Positions 49,788 through 62,585 of a stretch of 64,000 bases of DNA are shown one piece after another; within the stretch, counting starts at the first letter, position 1, and every line of letters starts with the position of its first letter. The stretch is taken from NCBI RefSeq assembly GCF_004010195.1, contig NC_057728.1, positions 46,831,402 to 46,895,401 on the forward strand, read 5' to 3'. Position numbers and translations under genes: made by a program. Under the pieces are notes generated by a model that worked only from the letters and a program-made list of their open reading frames with translations, searched no databases and was not told the origin of the DNA. Source of the DNA: Chiloscyllium plagiosum (lineage: Eukaryota).

Positions 49788-52700
49788 CAGTGCTTCATGG
49801 TCACAAATAAGTCTCAATGGATGCAGAGAGTCTACTACATCATCTGGAAATAGGGAGCTGAATGTAGCGTTGAGTTATGCTGACACCTATGGCTCTCCGC
49901 ACTCCAAATGTTCAGCCCCCCCTTTGCACAAAGGTGTAGCTGTCAATGAATTATCCACTAGTGTCTGTCCAGGAAGGTACAACATATATACAACAAAGAG
50001 TCAATGCTGAATGGCCAGGGGGCACAGAGCGTGTGTAGCCTGTGTGCTCCCTGGTCTTTCACCAATATTCTCTCTCTTTAAAAGGGTTAGCCTCAGCCCC
50101 CTCCATTACTAGTCAAATTACTTACCTCCATCTCACTCTCAGTGTAGTTGCAGCCATTTTCTCACCTATTACGCATTTTTTGATTTCCAGCAGAATGGAA
50201 TATGACAGTGACCATTCCAGCTACAGCCTAAATGAGCCCAAACATTCACATTCCCTTCCAAGTAGCTCACCCTCTTAACTCCACAGCCTTCACATTTTCC
50301 CAAGTCCTCACAAGAACCATCCATGTATGTCTGTGATGGCCTATGTTTCCACCCAGGCATGTGAGGAGTCGTTTGAACAGACCTCTCAAATATCAATTCT
50401 GATCTCTCTCTGTCTGCACCTTCTCTGTGGCTGAACCACTGATGCACTTTTTATGGTACGATATGTCTGCATAGCATGCAAAACAACACTTTTCACTCTA
50501 TCTTGGTTCATGTGATAACAGTTAATAAGTCAAATCAAAATCAACTTAGGGGAAGTAGCTGACAGTTAAGTCAGAAATCTTTCCCTGAACCCAGTGGATT
50601 TGTGGCTGAGCAAGTGACAACACAAAACTGACAAAACCACTGCCTCCAAGTGTTTTGCAAGATAACTGAGGATTGAAGTCCACAGTTTATGTAATGTTCA
50701 GTTTTGATTGACATCATCTCAGTAGTTGCACTGCTGTTTTATGTTCCTGCATTGTTTCCATGCATTGTTAAAACGGTTTACTTCACACAATTAAGTAAAT
50801 TTCTTTAGATCAAGAATTGACTTTGAATTAGCGAATCAGATGGCACTGACATGCATGTTGCTACATTTTCATTATGTTGTATCCCACGACTTCAAAGCTC
50901 TTCCTCCAAATTGATTTTGCCCCCACAAAGATTATCTGATTCCTTCTCCTGCGCTTGTTACAAATGTTTCGGATATGTTTTAATTAAATATGTCCATCTC
51001 TGGCAAGGCCAGTATTACATGTCCATCCCAAAATGCCCCTAAAAGGTGTGACTCAGCCACCTTTTGGAATTGCTGCAATCCCTGTAGCTGGTTATAATGC
51101 CTAGGTCACAGTGAGATGCTGTACCTGTTTATGTTTTTCTTTAGTGGACTTGTCTGTAATGATTTAGGTAGTTTGCTAGGTCATTGCAGAGGGGAGTACA
51201 GCGGCAACAACATTGCTGTGGGCCCAAAGTCACAATTTTGGGAAAGCTCAGCAGTTTTTCTTCCCTGAAGGACATTAATGAAGTCAATAAATTTTCAAAA
51301 CAATCTGAAACTTCCATGATCATCATTACTCTGTGCAACATTTTATGGCTTATTAATTCATTGAATTTAAATTCCCCCAGCTGCCATATGTGGGATTTGA
51401 ACTCCTGTCTCCAGATCATTCATTTAAATGTGGGCATTTTGAAAGTGTAACCCATGAACATATGGCATTTCATTGAAATTAATGCAAGCATGATCTGTAG
51501 ATCCACTCCATCTTTTGTATTTGACAGAAAAACTGGCTAAATGCCAAAGGCAATCCAATACCTGTGCCAACAGGTCCTCCAGATGGTTGATTACAGGCCA
51601 GCCAGCCAATTTGGTTCAGGAATTGAACCAGGAGCAGGGGAGCCTGTCAATGAGACTGCGATTATTCTCTTTCTCTTCCAGAAAACCTCGCAACACAATA
51701 TGCCAATGGTAGTGTTCCCACATGGACAAATCTCAATATGCTTCCCAGCAGACCAAGTGGAAGGTGTCGGGTATTGGCAGATTAAACATCACTAGTAGCC
51801 TGACGTGGAATTGGGCACTTGTGAACTTAGATTCATGTCAACTTTCGACTCTGCACTCTTGAATAATAGAAATGGTCCACTATAAATACCAGACAACCAG
51901 AAACTCTACATGGATGTTGCAACCACTTGGTTGAGAGGATCTTATTCATGTCTACATTTGACAACTAACTGCCCAAATAAAACGACCAAGAATTATGAAA
52001 AAGGACAGTATAGCTGGTAGAAAAGAGTTGAAGGTTTTGTTTTAATTTCATCAGATTTCACCTGGTACAAAAATAAACAGGCCGTAAGAACAGAAAGCTG
52101 AAAATTAACTAAATTACCAGACAAATAATGCATGCTCCTCAAAATAGTGGAATATATGAAGGACTAGTTTTTTTTTTATTATCAGCAACAATAATGTAAA
52201 ACATATAACCCTCTTCTTATGCTTTCTCATTTTCACTTCTTTGATACCTTTGTTTTTATTTCAGCCTTTCCTGTTTGCTTTGAGTGCGCCACATTCCCTA
52301 CTTGTTTACTCCGAATTGTTTGAGTTCCTGTGTGATTTACTGACTGCAAGTGTAGCAAAAGTTTATTTCAAAACAAAATTATTGTGGCCAGATTTGGTGC
52401 ATTCTGGGGGTAAGAAACTTGCCTTTGACACAAACTCCTTGAGGAGATAGAGAACACAAGGGAAATGTTCAAGCCCAGAAGGTGAATCATAGTGTCATAG
52501 AATTGAGTTTTATGAGATAAAAGGTTGTGAAAATTAAACTTCTAAGTCTTGAAGAGAGTTAAATGAGAAATGATTGAAAATGTTGAACATGATAGTGAAG
52601 CATGGAGATTGCAAGTTCAAACTAATAAAAAAATTCGAATTGGTAACAGGAGGAGATTAGTTATAAAATGAACATTCGGCTCATAAAATGGAGTTCTGTT

Positions 52701-53134
52701 TAGGGTAAAGGAGGCTATAGCCTCCATTCATCTGTGTTAAGGGAACTCAGATCTTGTCAGATAATAACAAGGGAATTTGTTGGCATTGATTTTTCTTTGG
52801 AGTCCCTTCTTCCATTTTGAAGAAGACTCACTGGAATCGAAACTCTGCTTCCTTTCCACAGATGTTGCTCGATCTGTCGAATTTCTCCAGCTGTTTTTTT
52901 TTACCTTTCTGGTCTTCAGTATCCACAGCTCTTTGTTTCATATTAATTTCATTTCTGTCTTCCTTTCACTGCAATTTTACCGAGCACCAGCTGCTCTCAT
53001 TCGCTACACCAAACCATGTATGTTTTGCCCCAGACTTCAATAGACTTTAATTGTTTTTACATGATAAGATCAGAGATATCCTAACGCAGATGATCCATGC
53101 TTTTACCTTGCCTCACACTACCTGGATATACAAC

Positions 53135-53323
53135 AAACATAGAAAATGCGAGAGAAACTCAGCACGTCTAGAGGCATCTGTGGAGAGAGAAACAAAGTTA
53201 ACATTTTGAGTCCGATGAGACTGATCTTCAGGAGTTCATCAGTTATATTGGCCTTAAAATGTTAACTCAGTTTCTTACTTCACAGATGCTGCCAAACCTG
53301 CTGAGTTTCTCCAGCACTTTTGT
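53135..53323. mobile_element. Older PLE-like fold-back short element (related pieces near 33285-33370, 52815-52940, 57205-57345)
   Basis: Inverted arms gagaaactcagca..gcatctgtg / cacagatgc..tgctgagtttctc. Confidence 0.6.
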
Positions 53324-53324
53324 C

Positions 53325-53718
53325 ATAGATTTATAGAGTATTAGAATCATTCAGAATGGAAACAGACACGTTGATCCAACCAGTCCATGCCGACCATTAT
53401 CCCAAACTAAACTAGTCCCACCTGCCTGTTCCTGACCCATATCCTTCCAAACCTTTCTTATTCAAGTACTTATCTCAATGTCTATTAAACATTGTAACGT
53501 ACTCATATCCACCACTTCCTCAGGAAGTTCATTCCACACACAAATCACTCACTGTAAAAAAGTTGTCCCTCATATCCTTTTTAAATCTTTTTCCTCTCAC
53601 CTTAAAAATAAGCCCCCAGTTTTGAAATTCCTCACCATAGGGAAAAGGCACTCACCATTCACTTTATTTATAGTCCTCATGGTTTTAAAAACCTCTATAA
53701 TGTCACCCCTCAACCTCC
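53325..53718 (-). mobile_element. CR1 3' end
   Basis: Reverse complement of CR1 tail and ORF2 end. Confidence 0.85.
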
Positions 53719-54499
53719 CACCCTCCTATCTACCTGGATCTGCCCTGTTCTGATATGTGTGTGCACTTTATGCATTGGATACACTTTTTATTTTTATGTC
53801 ATATTTTCAGCATTACCAATACTTAACTTCTCTATTAGGAATCCATGCCAAGAGTTGACTGAGAAATGGCTTTATGCTAGCAAGATTAGAAAGCTCTTAA
53901 ACCCATTTGAAAAAAATATCTACAACTTGAACTCTGCCAGCTAAAACAAAGAGTTCTGATCATGTATATATACAACTGTTCCCTCCCAAGAGGCCGTTTT
54001 TAATGAAAACAGAACCCAGGTGTCAGCATCCATCTTTTAATAGCATTAATAAGATTCAATGTTAAGCTGATAAAGTGGTTAAGAGATCCAACAGGCCATG
54101 TATTTTTCCATTCAGATACACATCAGTCCAGAGTTCTATCCCATCCAGTCTTGAGTCCAAGGGATTGTGAGAGGATAACAGCGAGATCTGCATCATATGC
54201 AGTAGAACATTTTTTCACTTCAAGGCTGGATATCAAGGTTTTGCCAGCAACTATCACTGAAATGCTGTATTGGACACTGTGCACTCAGGGACTTGCATCG
54301 AGACCATCAACTGGAACGGGCTGCATTCCAGCTCTTTACTTGCTCTAATCATGCCCACCCACTCTAAACCTACCTGCATACTCACGGCATCCCTATCTTG
54401 CATTGCTTTGCCTTTCCTGTTGCACTTTGCCCCCATCCCCTCCCCAGCCAAAGATACCACACGCACATTACTTCTGTGTTGCCAAAGGGCATGCAGGCT

Positions 54500-54895
54500 T
54501 ATTGACTGGACAAATCAAATTGGCAAGAGTGATACAGAAAACAAATTTGCAGAGTGCATCAGGGATTGCCTCTCGCAGCAGTACATTGCACAACATACCC
54601 TGGATCAAGCTATTTTAGATTTAGTGATGAGGGAGGATAAATAATAGATCTCATAGCTGAGGATCCTCCATGGAATAGTGATCACAACATGGTGGAATTC
54701 AAATTGAATTTAAGGGAGAGCAGTTTGAGTCTCAAGTCAATGTCTTCCAAATAATTAAGGGCAAAGAGGTTTGAGGAAAGAGGTTCTAAAGTGGGCTAGG
54801 ATGAGCCATTTTCTTGTTGATTGGCAGGGCAGGTTTGAGGGGTACAGAAGCTGAGTGGCTACACCTATTCTGATACCTTGTGTTCTAATGTTGTC
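54500..54895 (+). mobile_element. CR1 APE fragment and tail
   Basis: IDWTNQIG...FAECIRD.L.QQY...QAILDLVM, followed by SDHNM. Confidence 0.7.
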
Positions 54896-54939
54896 TCCTA
54901 AATCTATTCCTCTTAAGGACACCAATACAGCAGTGAAGT

Positions 54940-55280
54940 CCACTGTGGCTGAGTCAGTCATTCTTAAATGTTTGCATCATAAGATTCTGGATTCAAACTC
55001 CCAAGGATTTGATCACAAGCTAGGCTGACGCTCCAAGTTCAGTCCAGATGAAATCTGGAATTTAGGAGGTGCTGTTATTTGCTTAGGTAATTTTAAAATG
55101 CGGAAGACCAGCAGAGAAGTTTTGCACCTTGTCCTGGCCACCATCTGTTCCTCAGCAAGCATCACAAAAATGGATTATATGCTCATGTTCACCTTGTTGC
55201 TTGTGTCCTACTTTGAGCAAACTGGCTGCCTCATTTCTTGTATTAAAACAGTGACTACACTGTGAAATATTTTGAATGCA
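54940..55280 (+). mobile_element. DeuSINE-like copy
   Basis: tRNA-like head tggctgagtcag..ggattcaaactcc plus tgtcctggcca...aacagtgactacact. Confidence 0.55.
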
Positions 55281-56579
55281 CATGCAGAGTTTACAGGCAT
55301 TATTGACGCGGCCAGAACTTATTGTCCGTCTCTAAGTGACCTTTGCAAACGTGATGGTGAGCTGCCTTCTTGAATCACTCTAGTCCATGTGATGTAGGAA
55401 CTTCCACATTAATTTTACAAAGGGAGTTCCAAGTGGCTGTAAAGTTGGGATATCCTGAGTTTGTGGATGCTCTTTTTCAGTGTACTCAAATATAATAGTT
55501 GGCTGCAAAATATATTGGTCCTTTTGTGTTAATATGCATCTGCAATTTCCCTGCACCAACACAAAGGCATGAATAGAGCTGCAGCCATCTTGATAACAAA
55601 TACTGCAATTTTAATATAATTATGTCTAATATGGAGGAAAAGTTCTGCTAACATTAAGTTTCCAATCAGGATGAAACATATTGTTCTGTCATGGCTTTAT
55701 CGAATCCCTGAACACCATAATCCTTTCCAAGTTTGGTTCCCTGGCAATGGATACAGAGCTCACAAATATCTGTGAAAGTTCCTTACACATGTTTAATATA
55801 ATTAAATGTGACTATTAATAATCAGCTACCCAAGGCTGAGACACACATTCCATTCAACATTCAGCCTGCCCATTCATCATATCCATTAAAGGAACTTCTT
55901 CCATTTGAAGATGCAGCCAGTTTTTCAAAAAGAGCACATTCAACTTAAGCCAACATTTAAAAGCAAAGGTTGTTTGAAATGACTAATTTTCGGGAAATGG
56001 CAAATTCTGCCACCTAGCTTTCCACGCGACATGGAAAATCTGACACACACAGTGACTTCTTTTATATCCAGAGAGAAGACCACAAAATAATTATGTATCA
56101 ACAAACTGTAAAACTTTAAATAAACCTACAGATTTGGAAGCATTGGACATGTTATTTTTGGCTAAGTGTGAGTTGGTGTTGAGTTTTTTGAATAAGATTT
56201 CTGCCTCAACGCCAAGCTGGATTGGACCCCTATCTTACCAAGCGTACCTCATTAACCATCTAACCTGCCCCATTGTCTCCTTCTCATCCTGTTCTATTCT
56301 CATTTTACCATGTGCCATTCCAGAAACAACTCTCCACTGCCAAGATATCCCATAATCATCTGCCATTTCTGGTGATGGCAGTATCATCATAAGGCCATTG
56401 CAAATCCCAACAAGTACTGTCATTCCGGAACTGATCTGTATGGTTCCTGACATTTTCCTGGGATATGGCAGACAAGGAAATTAGCCATTTTGCTTTGCGG
56501 AGAGTGAACTATTTCAATATATGTTATCAATATGGCCACAACTCTATTCATGCCTTTGTGTTGGTGCAGAGAAATTCTA

Positions 56580-56760
56580 GGTGCACATCCTGGTGGATGG
56601 GGTGCTGCATTTACCAGTTCCAGCAATGGTAATCATTGGAAGAATGCCAGTGTGGTCTGAGGTTGCCACCTGGCTCAGTGCAATCTTAGTCACCTGGAGA
56701 AATGCACAGCAGTGTAGCAAGAAGGTCAATGATCTTCTCCCATCTATTAGCATAAGCGCC
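56580..56760 (+). mobile_element. Harbinger Myb/SANT-like domain remnant
   Basis: PVWSEVATWLSA...RNAQQCSKKVNDLL fits the W..VA..VSA...R...QC.KK.NDL pattern. Confidence 0.65.
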
Positions 56761-57387
56761 AACATCTTCTCTCACCATGCTCAGAGTGGAGAAATGTTCT
56801 CATCATCTCAGTCTTAAATGGTTTACCTCATAAACCGTGAACCCGGTTCTGGATTTATCATCATCAGGAACATCCTTCCTGCATTCACCCAGACTGTTTA
56901 TGGTAGAATTTTATAGGTTTCTATGAGGTATCCCTCATTCATCTGAACTCCAGCATATATAATCCTAACCAATTCAATATCTCCTCATACATTAATCCTG
57001 CAATTCCAGGAATCAATTTGGTAAACCTTTGCTCTATACAAGAACAACACTGTCAGTGGCCAGCAAAGTCATGGCCCCTTCTCAACCTTATATGCCTCTT
57101 GCTCTCAGGCCGGGTTTTTTGGGACTATTAGCCAGTTTGCAACTAGAGACATATCAAACACACAACTGATGCTTGCTCCCAGTACCAGCATTTCCATTAG
57201 ATAAAAGTAAATTATTGCGGATGCTGGAATCTGAAACCAGCTTTGACAAAGGGTCAGTTAGACTCGAAACGTCAGCTCTTTTCTCTCCTTACAGATGCTT
57301 CCAGACCTGCTGAGATTTTCCAGCATTTTCTCTTTTGGTTCCAGCATTTCCATTCTCTCCTTTTAGCAGATGATCCAGCTAAAATCA

Positions 57388-57747
57388 TTAGAGACTTGGA
57401 TAGGGAGAACAGTCAAGGTCTTTTTTCCCCAGGATGGGGGAGACCAAAACTAAAGGGCATAGGTTAAAGGTGAGAGGGGAAAGATTCATAATGGAACTAA
57501 GGGACAACATTTTCATGCAGAGGGTGGTGCGTTTATGGAATGAACTGCCAGAGGAAGTGGTGGAGGCTGGTACAAGTACAAAATTTAAAAGGCATCTGGA
57601 TAGGTAGATGAATAGGAAAGGTTTAAAGGGATATGGGCCAAATGCTGGCAAATGGGACTAGATTAATTTAGGATATCTGGTCGGCATGGATGAGTTGGAT
57701 CAAAGGGTTTGTTTTCGTGCTGTACATCCCTGTGGTGCTATGATTCT
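57388..57747 (+). mobile_element. CR1 3' end
   Basis: QRVVRLWNELPEEVVEAG...FKRHLD plus 3'UTR. Confidence 0.9.
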
Positions 57748-57779
57748 ACATCATTTCACCATAACACTGGATTCACCAA

Positions 57780-58160
57780 TCCAGAAGTTGATGTAGAAAT
57801 TCAAGGTTAACATTCCTGTGTAGTGCTGCTCTGTTCCAGTGCTGTCTATTGGATGACCTCTTAATTTAAGGCTCCAAATATCGGCTTGGCTGGATATGTA
57901 AGATCTCATGATGCTATTTTTGATCAAATGCGGGAGATTTTATCCCATGTGCTCTCAGTAATATTTATCTGCCAATTAACATTACAGCAAAAAGCACATT
58001 ATTTAGTCATTATGGCTTTTCTGCTTGTGGGACTACGTTGTGTGTCGTTGTCTGTTGCTCTTCCTGCATTCTAACAGTGACCACACTTGATAAATTGGCT
58101 TCAAAGTACGTTGCAACATCTTTGGTCACAAAAAGTGGCACGTGAACACATCTTTCTTAC
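57780..58160 (+). mobile_element. DeuSINE-like copy
   Basis: aatatttatc...gtcattatggc..tgtggga...aacagtgaccacactt. Confidence 0.5.
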
Positions 58161-59040
58161 TTTTTCTTTAAACCACAAAGTCACTCATTGCCTCCTCTGA
58201 CTCTTTGCTTTACATTTAGGGTTCTATCAACCAATGTAATGACATTATGAAGGGTTTAGTTATGTGACCAAGAAATGACATAGCCCATTATGCAAGTTAA
58301 AGTGAAGGTCACCAGTGGGCCGCATGGATCGACTATTGCAAAATAACATCCTGCCATTTCCACTCCAAACATAATTATCATGTTGTGTGAACATTAGAAT
58401 CATCTTGAACAACAAGGGACACTACTGAAAAACAGTGTTCCTAGTAGTTTCAGTAAATTGAACCCATTTCTCCACCAAAGTCTAATTCAACCAACTGAAC
58501 CAAGGAATTTCCAAATCAATCATGAAAGAAAAAATAAACGTCCTTCTCAGATGCTCCAGTCTGCAGTGCAGTGACATTGAAATTGCCTGGTAGTATCAGA
58601 GACTGATACATGTAGCATGTTACTCTGTAGTAAGGAGCACCACACACTGTTGTGATGAACTATATTCCATGAGCAATATGGAACCTGTCCAGAAGAATTT
58701 AAAACATTCTTTTTGTATCCATTCGGCATAGGACACGTGAGCCTAACAATAACACAGGCAAGTCTTTGGAATATTCATAAAATATTCTTTTAAAATCCAG
58801 GCATTCAACATTCAATAAAAGAAAAGCTTCTCCACTCATATTCCCATAAAACTGTCAATCAAAAACTGCTACTGAAAGTCCCATCAAATAAAATGTTAAC
58901 TCTCTTAAAACCTCTTAATCTTGTCTAAGTGAACAGATGGGCATTTTAAAAAAATCAAAGAAAGATAGGTTTTACAAAACCCAAATGTTTATATGAGGAA
59001 ATCTGTGTTTTCAAGTTTCAGTTGCAACTTTTTGAGACAG

Positions 59041-59348
59041 AATAGATTCCATACAGTGTGGAAACAGGCCCTTCGGCCCAATCAGTCCACACTGACCCTC
59101 CAAAGAGTAACCCATCCAGACCCATTTCCTTCCAACTAATGCACCTAACACTATGAGCAATTTAGCATGGCCAATTCACCTGACCCACACAGCTTTGCAC
59201 TGTGGAAGGAAACCGGAGCACCCAGAGGAAACCCATGCAGACACGGGGAGATGTGTAAACTCCACACAGACAGTCACCCAAAGCTGGAAGCGAACCTGGG
59301 ATCCTGGTGCTGTGATGCAGCAGTGCTAACCACTGAGCCACTGTGTCA
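59041..59348 (-). mobile_element. HE1-type V-SINE
   Basis: Full reverse-complement copy. Confidence 0.9.
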
Positions 59349-59519
59349 CTGGTGGTGCTTAACTAAAATTGAAATTGAACTGAAAGACAAAACAGAAATG
59401 GAAATGGAACAGATGAGAATAGAAAGGAAATTCACTCTTTCAGTTTCTAAAGAAATAAATTCAAACTGAAGTTTGGAAACCAAAGCTTACAGGCTAATTG
59501 AGCCTATTTTAATGATACT

Positions 59520-60002
59520 TAATGATCCCCAAAGCCTGTCCACCATTTATGAGGCATTAGTCAGGAATGTAATGGAATGCTCCTTACTTGCCTGGATGAG
59601 TGCAGCTCCAACTACACTCAAAAAGCTTTATACCATCCTGTTTGGTCCCACATCCGCAAACATCCAATCCCTCCACCATGGACACTTGGTAGCAGCAATG
59701 TATAATGTCTGCAAGATGTACTTTTGAAATTCATCAAACATGCTTAGACAGGTCTTTCCAAACCCATGACCACTTCCATCTGGATGGAGACGGACAGCAG
59801 ATATATGGAAGCATCATCATCTCCACATCCCTCACTATTCTGACTTGAAAATATAGAGTTGTTCCTCCATTGTCACTGTTCAAAAAGTCTGGAATTTCTT
59901 CCCTAACGGTATTGTTGGTTCACCTCCAGCACATGAACTGCAGCATTTCAAGATGGCAGTTCACCACCACCTTCTCAAGTGCACCTCAGGCAACATTTAA
60001 GG
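59520..60002 (+). mobile_element. 3' end of another CR1/L2-group LINE (related tail near 24540-24850)
   Basis: LSTIYEALVRNVMECSLLAWMSAAPTTLKKL. Confidence 0.7.
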
Positions 60003-60633
60003 GTAACAAAGGGTCGAAGGCAGAGAGTGGTGGTAGATGGTAAATATTCAGCCTGGAGCCCAGTTACAAGTGGAGTTCCGCAGGGATCAGTTCTGGGTCC
60101 TCTGCTGTTTGTAATTTTTATTAATGACTTAGATGAGGGAGACGAAGGGTGGGTCAGTAAATTTGGGATGTTGCCAGGGTTGGAGGATTTGAATTATATG
60201 GAGAGGCTGAACAGGCTGGGGCTGTTTTCCCTGGAGCGTTAGCGTCTGAGGGGTGATCTAATAGAGGTTTACAAAATTATGAGGGGCATGGATTGGATAA
60301 ATAAACAAAGTTTTTTTCCCTGGGGTCGGGGAGTCCAGAACTAGAGGGCATAGGTTTAGGGTGAGAGGAGAAAGATATAAAAGAGACCTAAGGGGCAACA
60401 TTTTCACACAGAGGGTGGTACGAGTACGGAGTGAGCTGCCAGAGGAAGTCCGTGAGGCTGGAACAATTGCAACATTTAAGAGGCAGTTGGATGGGTATAT
60501 GAATAGGAAGGGTTTGGAGGGATATGGGCCGGGTGCTGGCAGGTGGGACTAGATTGGGTTGGGATATCTGGTCGGCACGGACAGGTTGGACTGAAGGGTC
60601 TGTTTCCATGCTGTACATCTCTATGACTCTATC
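60003..60633 (+). mobile_element. CR1 with large internal deletion or chimeric junction near 60165
   Basis: [20 protein letters not shown]...VSKF joined directly to MLPGLE... Confidence 0.9.
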
Positions 60634-61769
60634 ACTCTAAGCTGGCAGCAATAGTTAGTGACTCCCTTTGTTTCCATATAAGCAAGCTGAAGAATAATGC
60701 CCAAAATCCAGAAGCTGGGAATAGGTTATAGCAGCTGCTTATAATACTAGTAAATGACATTGGTACAGCTATCACATCCAAACTGAGTTGTGCAGATTAT
60801 GCAACCATTGTGGTGAAGACCAAGACTGCATAGCTTGGGTAGGTTGCAATTCTGCTGTTGTGTGGAGATAAAGCTATCCCTGAGAAGAAAAAGAGATGAA
60901 ATTCCTCATGAGAAAGACATAGTTTGAAGGATCTTTTGATTGATTGTGATCACCAAAATCTGAGTGGTCTGCTGAGCCAATTCAAAAGGTCTATCCTATT
61001 AGTATTTGTCAAGTAATGTACAAATTTATATTTCTTATTTGACCAATTTGTTTGCTAATTCATGTTTAACACATTAATTCTGGATGTTAGAGAATAGGAG
61101 GGATATTATTTAGCATTTGCTTTGTTATTTCCTGCATAATAAAAATACATCTGCTTTAAAACATGGAATCTTGAGAGCTAATTCTTTTAATAAATAACTG
61201 AGTTTGTGTTTCTTCCATGAAAATAAAAATAACTGATTTCTACCAAGATCATAATAACTGTCATGCAAAAACAGTTAACAGTCTGCTTTGCCACTGTGTT
61301 AGCAACCACCTACTGAGCTGATTTAATTTGTCACTCTTAAAGCTCAGCCAAGTATTCATAATGAGGTCATCTAAAATCAATGGGTTTAAAAATATGACTA
61401 ATGATCTAAAATATATTTACTGTATATTACATTACATTGAAGAGAGGAAAATCGAAAGCTTGTGAAAAATCAACTTCAGTCTCCTGTGAAATTGATTTTT
61501 TTTCTTGAACGTAAGGCTGCATCTATTAAGCATATTCCCACTGATGTCTGCTACGGTCTGCAGGGCAAATCATAGTACAGTCATGTACTAGAAAATTTTA
61601 TACATTGCAAGTCCTGAGAATTTATGCGCTTTAACTCTTGTACACAATTTTACTGTCAGTGTGGTTTTACAGGATATTGAGGAAAGGCATGTGTAAAAAC
61701 TGTTCAGTTTTATTTTTCTGCATTTATGATTTTAGGCTGAAATCATGAAGGACTGTTTAAAAAGTGTGC

Positions 61770-62585
61770 AAGAAGGCTTCAAGGTGATTCAGATGAGTTG
61801 AGTCTATGGGCAAACATATGGCAGAAGCAGTAAAACATGAGTAAAAATGCAATTATATATTTTGGCGTGAAAAGCAGAAAGGAAGAGTATGATTTATATG
61901 ATGATATATTAGAAAGTGCAATATACAAAGTGACCTCAATGAATGTATACATTAATCAATGAAAGTAGACAAGTAGGTGCAGCAAGCAATTATGTCATTG
62001 CAAGAGGATTGAGGGATTTGAGTTCAGAAGTGGCAATGCTGTTATACAAGACCTCGTTGACACCAAACCTGCAGTATGACATGCAGGTTTCCCCATCTCA
62101 GAAAAATAGGCCACAGAGGGAGCACAGCGGAGGTTCACCAGACTGATACCAAGGATAACAGGACTGTTCCATGAGGAGAAATTGGTTCAGCTGGAGCTGT
62201 ATTTATTAGAGTTAAAAAGGATGAGAGGGGATCTGATCAAAATGTACATAATTCTAACAGGGCTGGACAGACTAGATGCGGTGAAGATATTTTCCCTGGT
62301 TGCAGTGTCTAGAATCAGGGGACACAGACTCAGGCTACAGGTAGGACATTTAGAAAAAAATGAGGAAACCTTATTCAAAGGGTGGTGAACTTGTGGAACT
62401 CTCCACCATAGAAGGCTGTGGAGGCCAAGTCATTGAATATATTTGAGAAATAGGTAGATATTTTTTAGATATAAAAGGTATGAAGGGATCTGGGAAGAAA
62501 GCAGAAATATGGCAATGAGATTGAGGATCTGTCATGTTTTCATTGAACAGCTTGGATGGTATACTCCTGTGCCTAGTTTGTAGTT
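61770..62585 (+). mobile_element. Old CR1 3' part
   Basis: LYKTSL.PNLQY, RMRGDLIKMY, RIRGHRL. Confidence 0.8.

Noticed and set aside
52062..52097. 36-nt minus-strand exon in phase with the 46255 exon
   Set aside because: Weak donor (gtgaaa); too short to distinguish from chance
60700..61260. Possible solo LTR
   Set aside because: The 3' end looks LTR-like, but I could not find a 5' terminus or TSD
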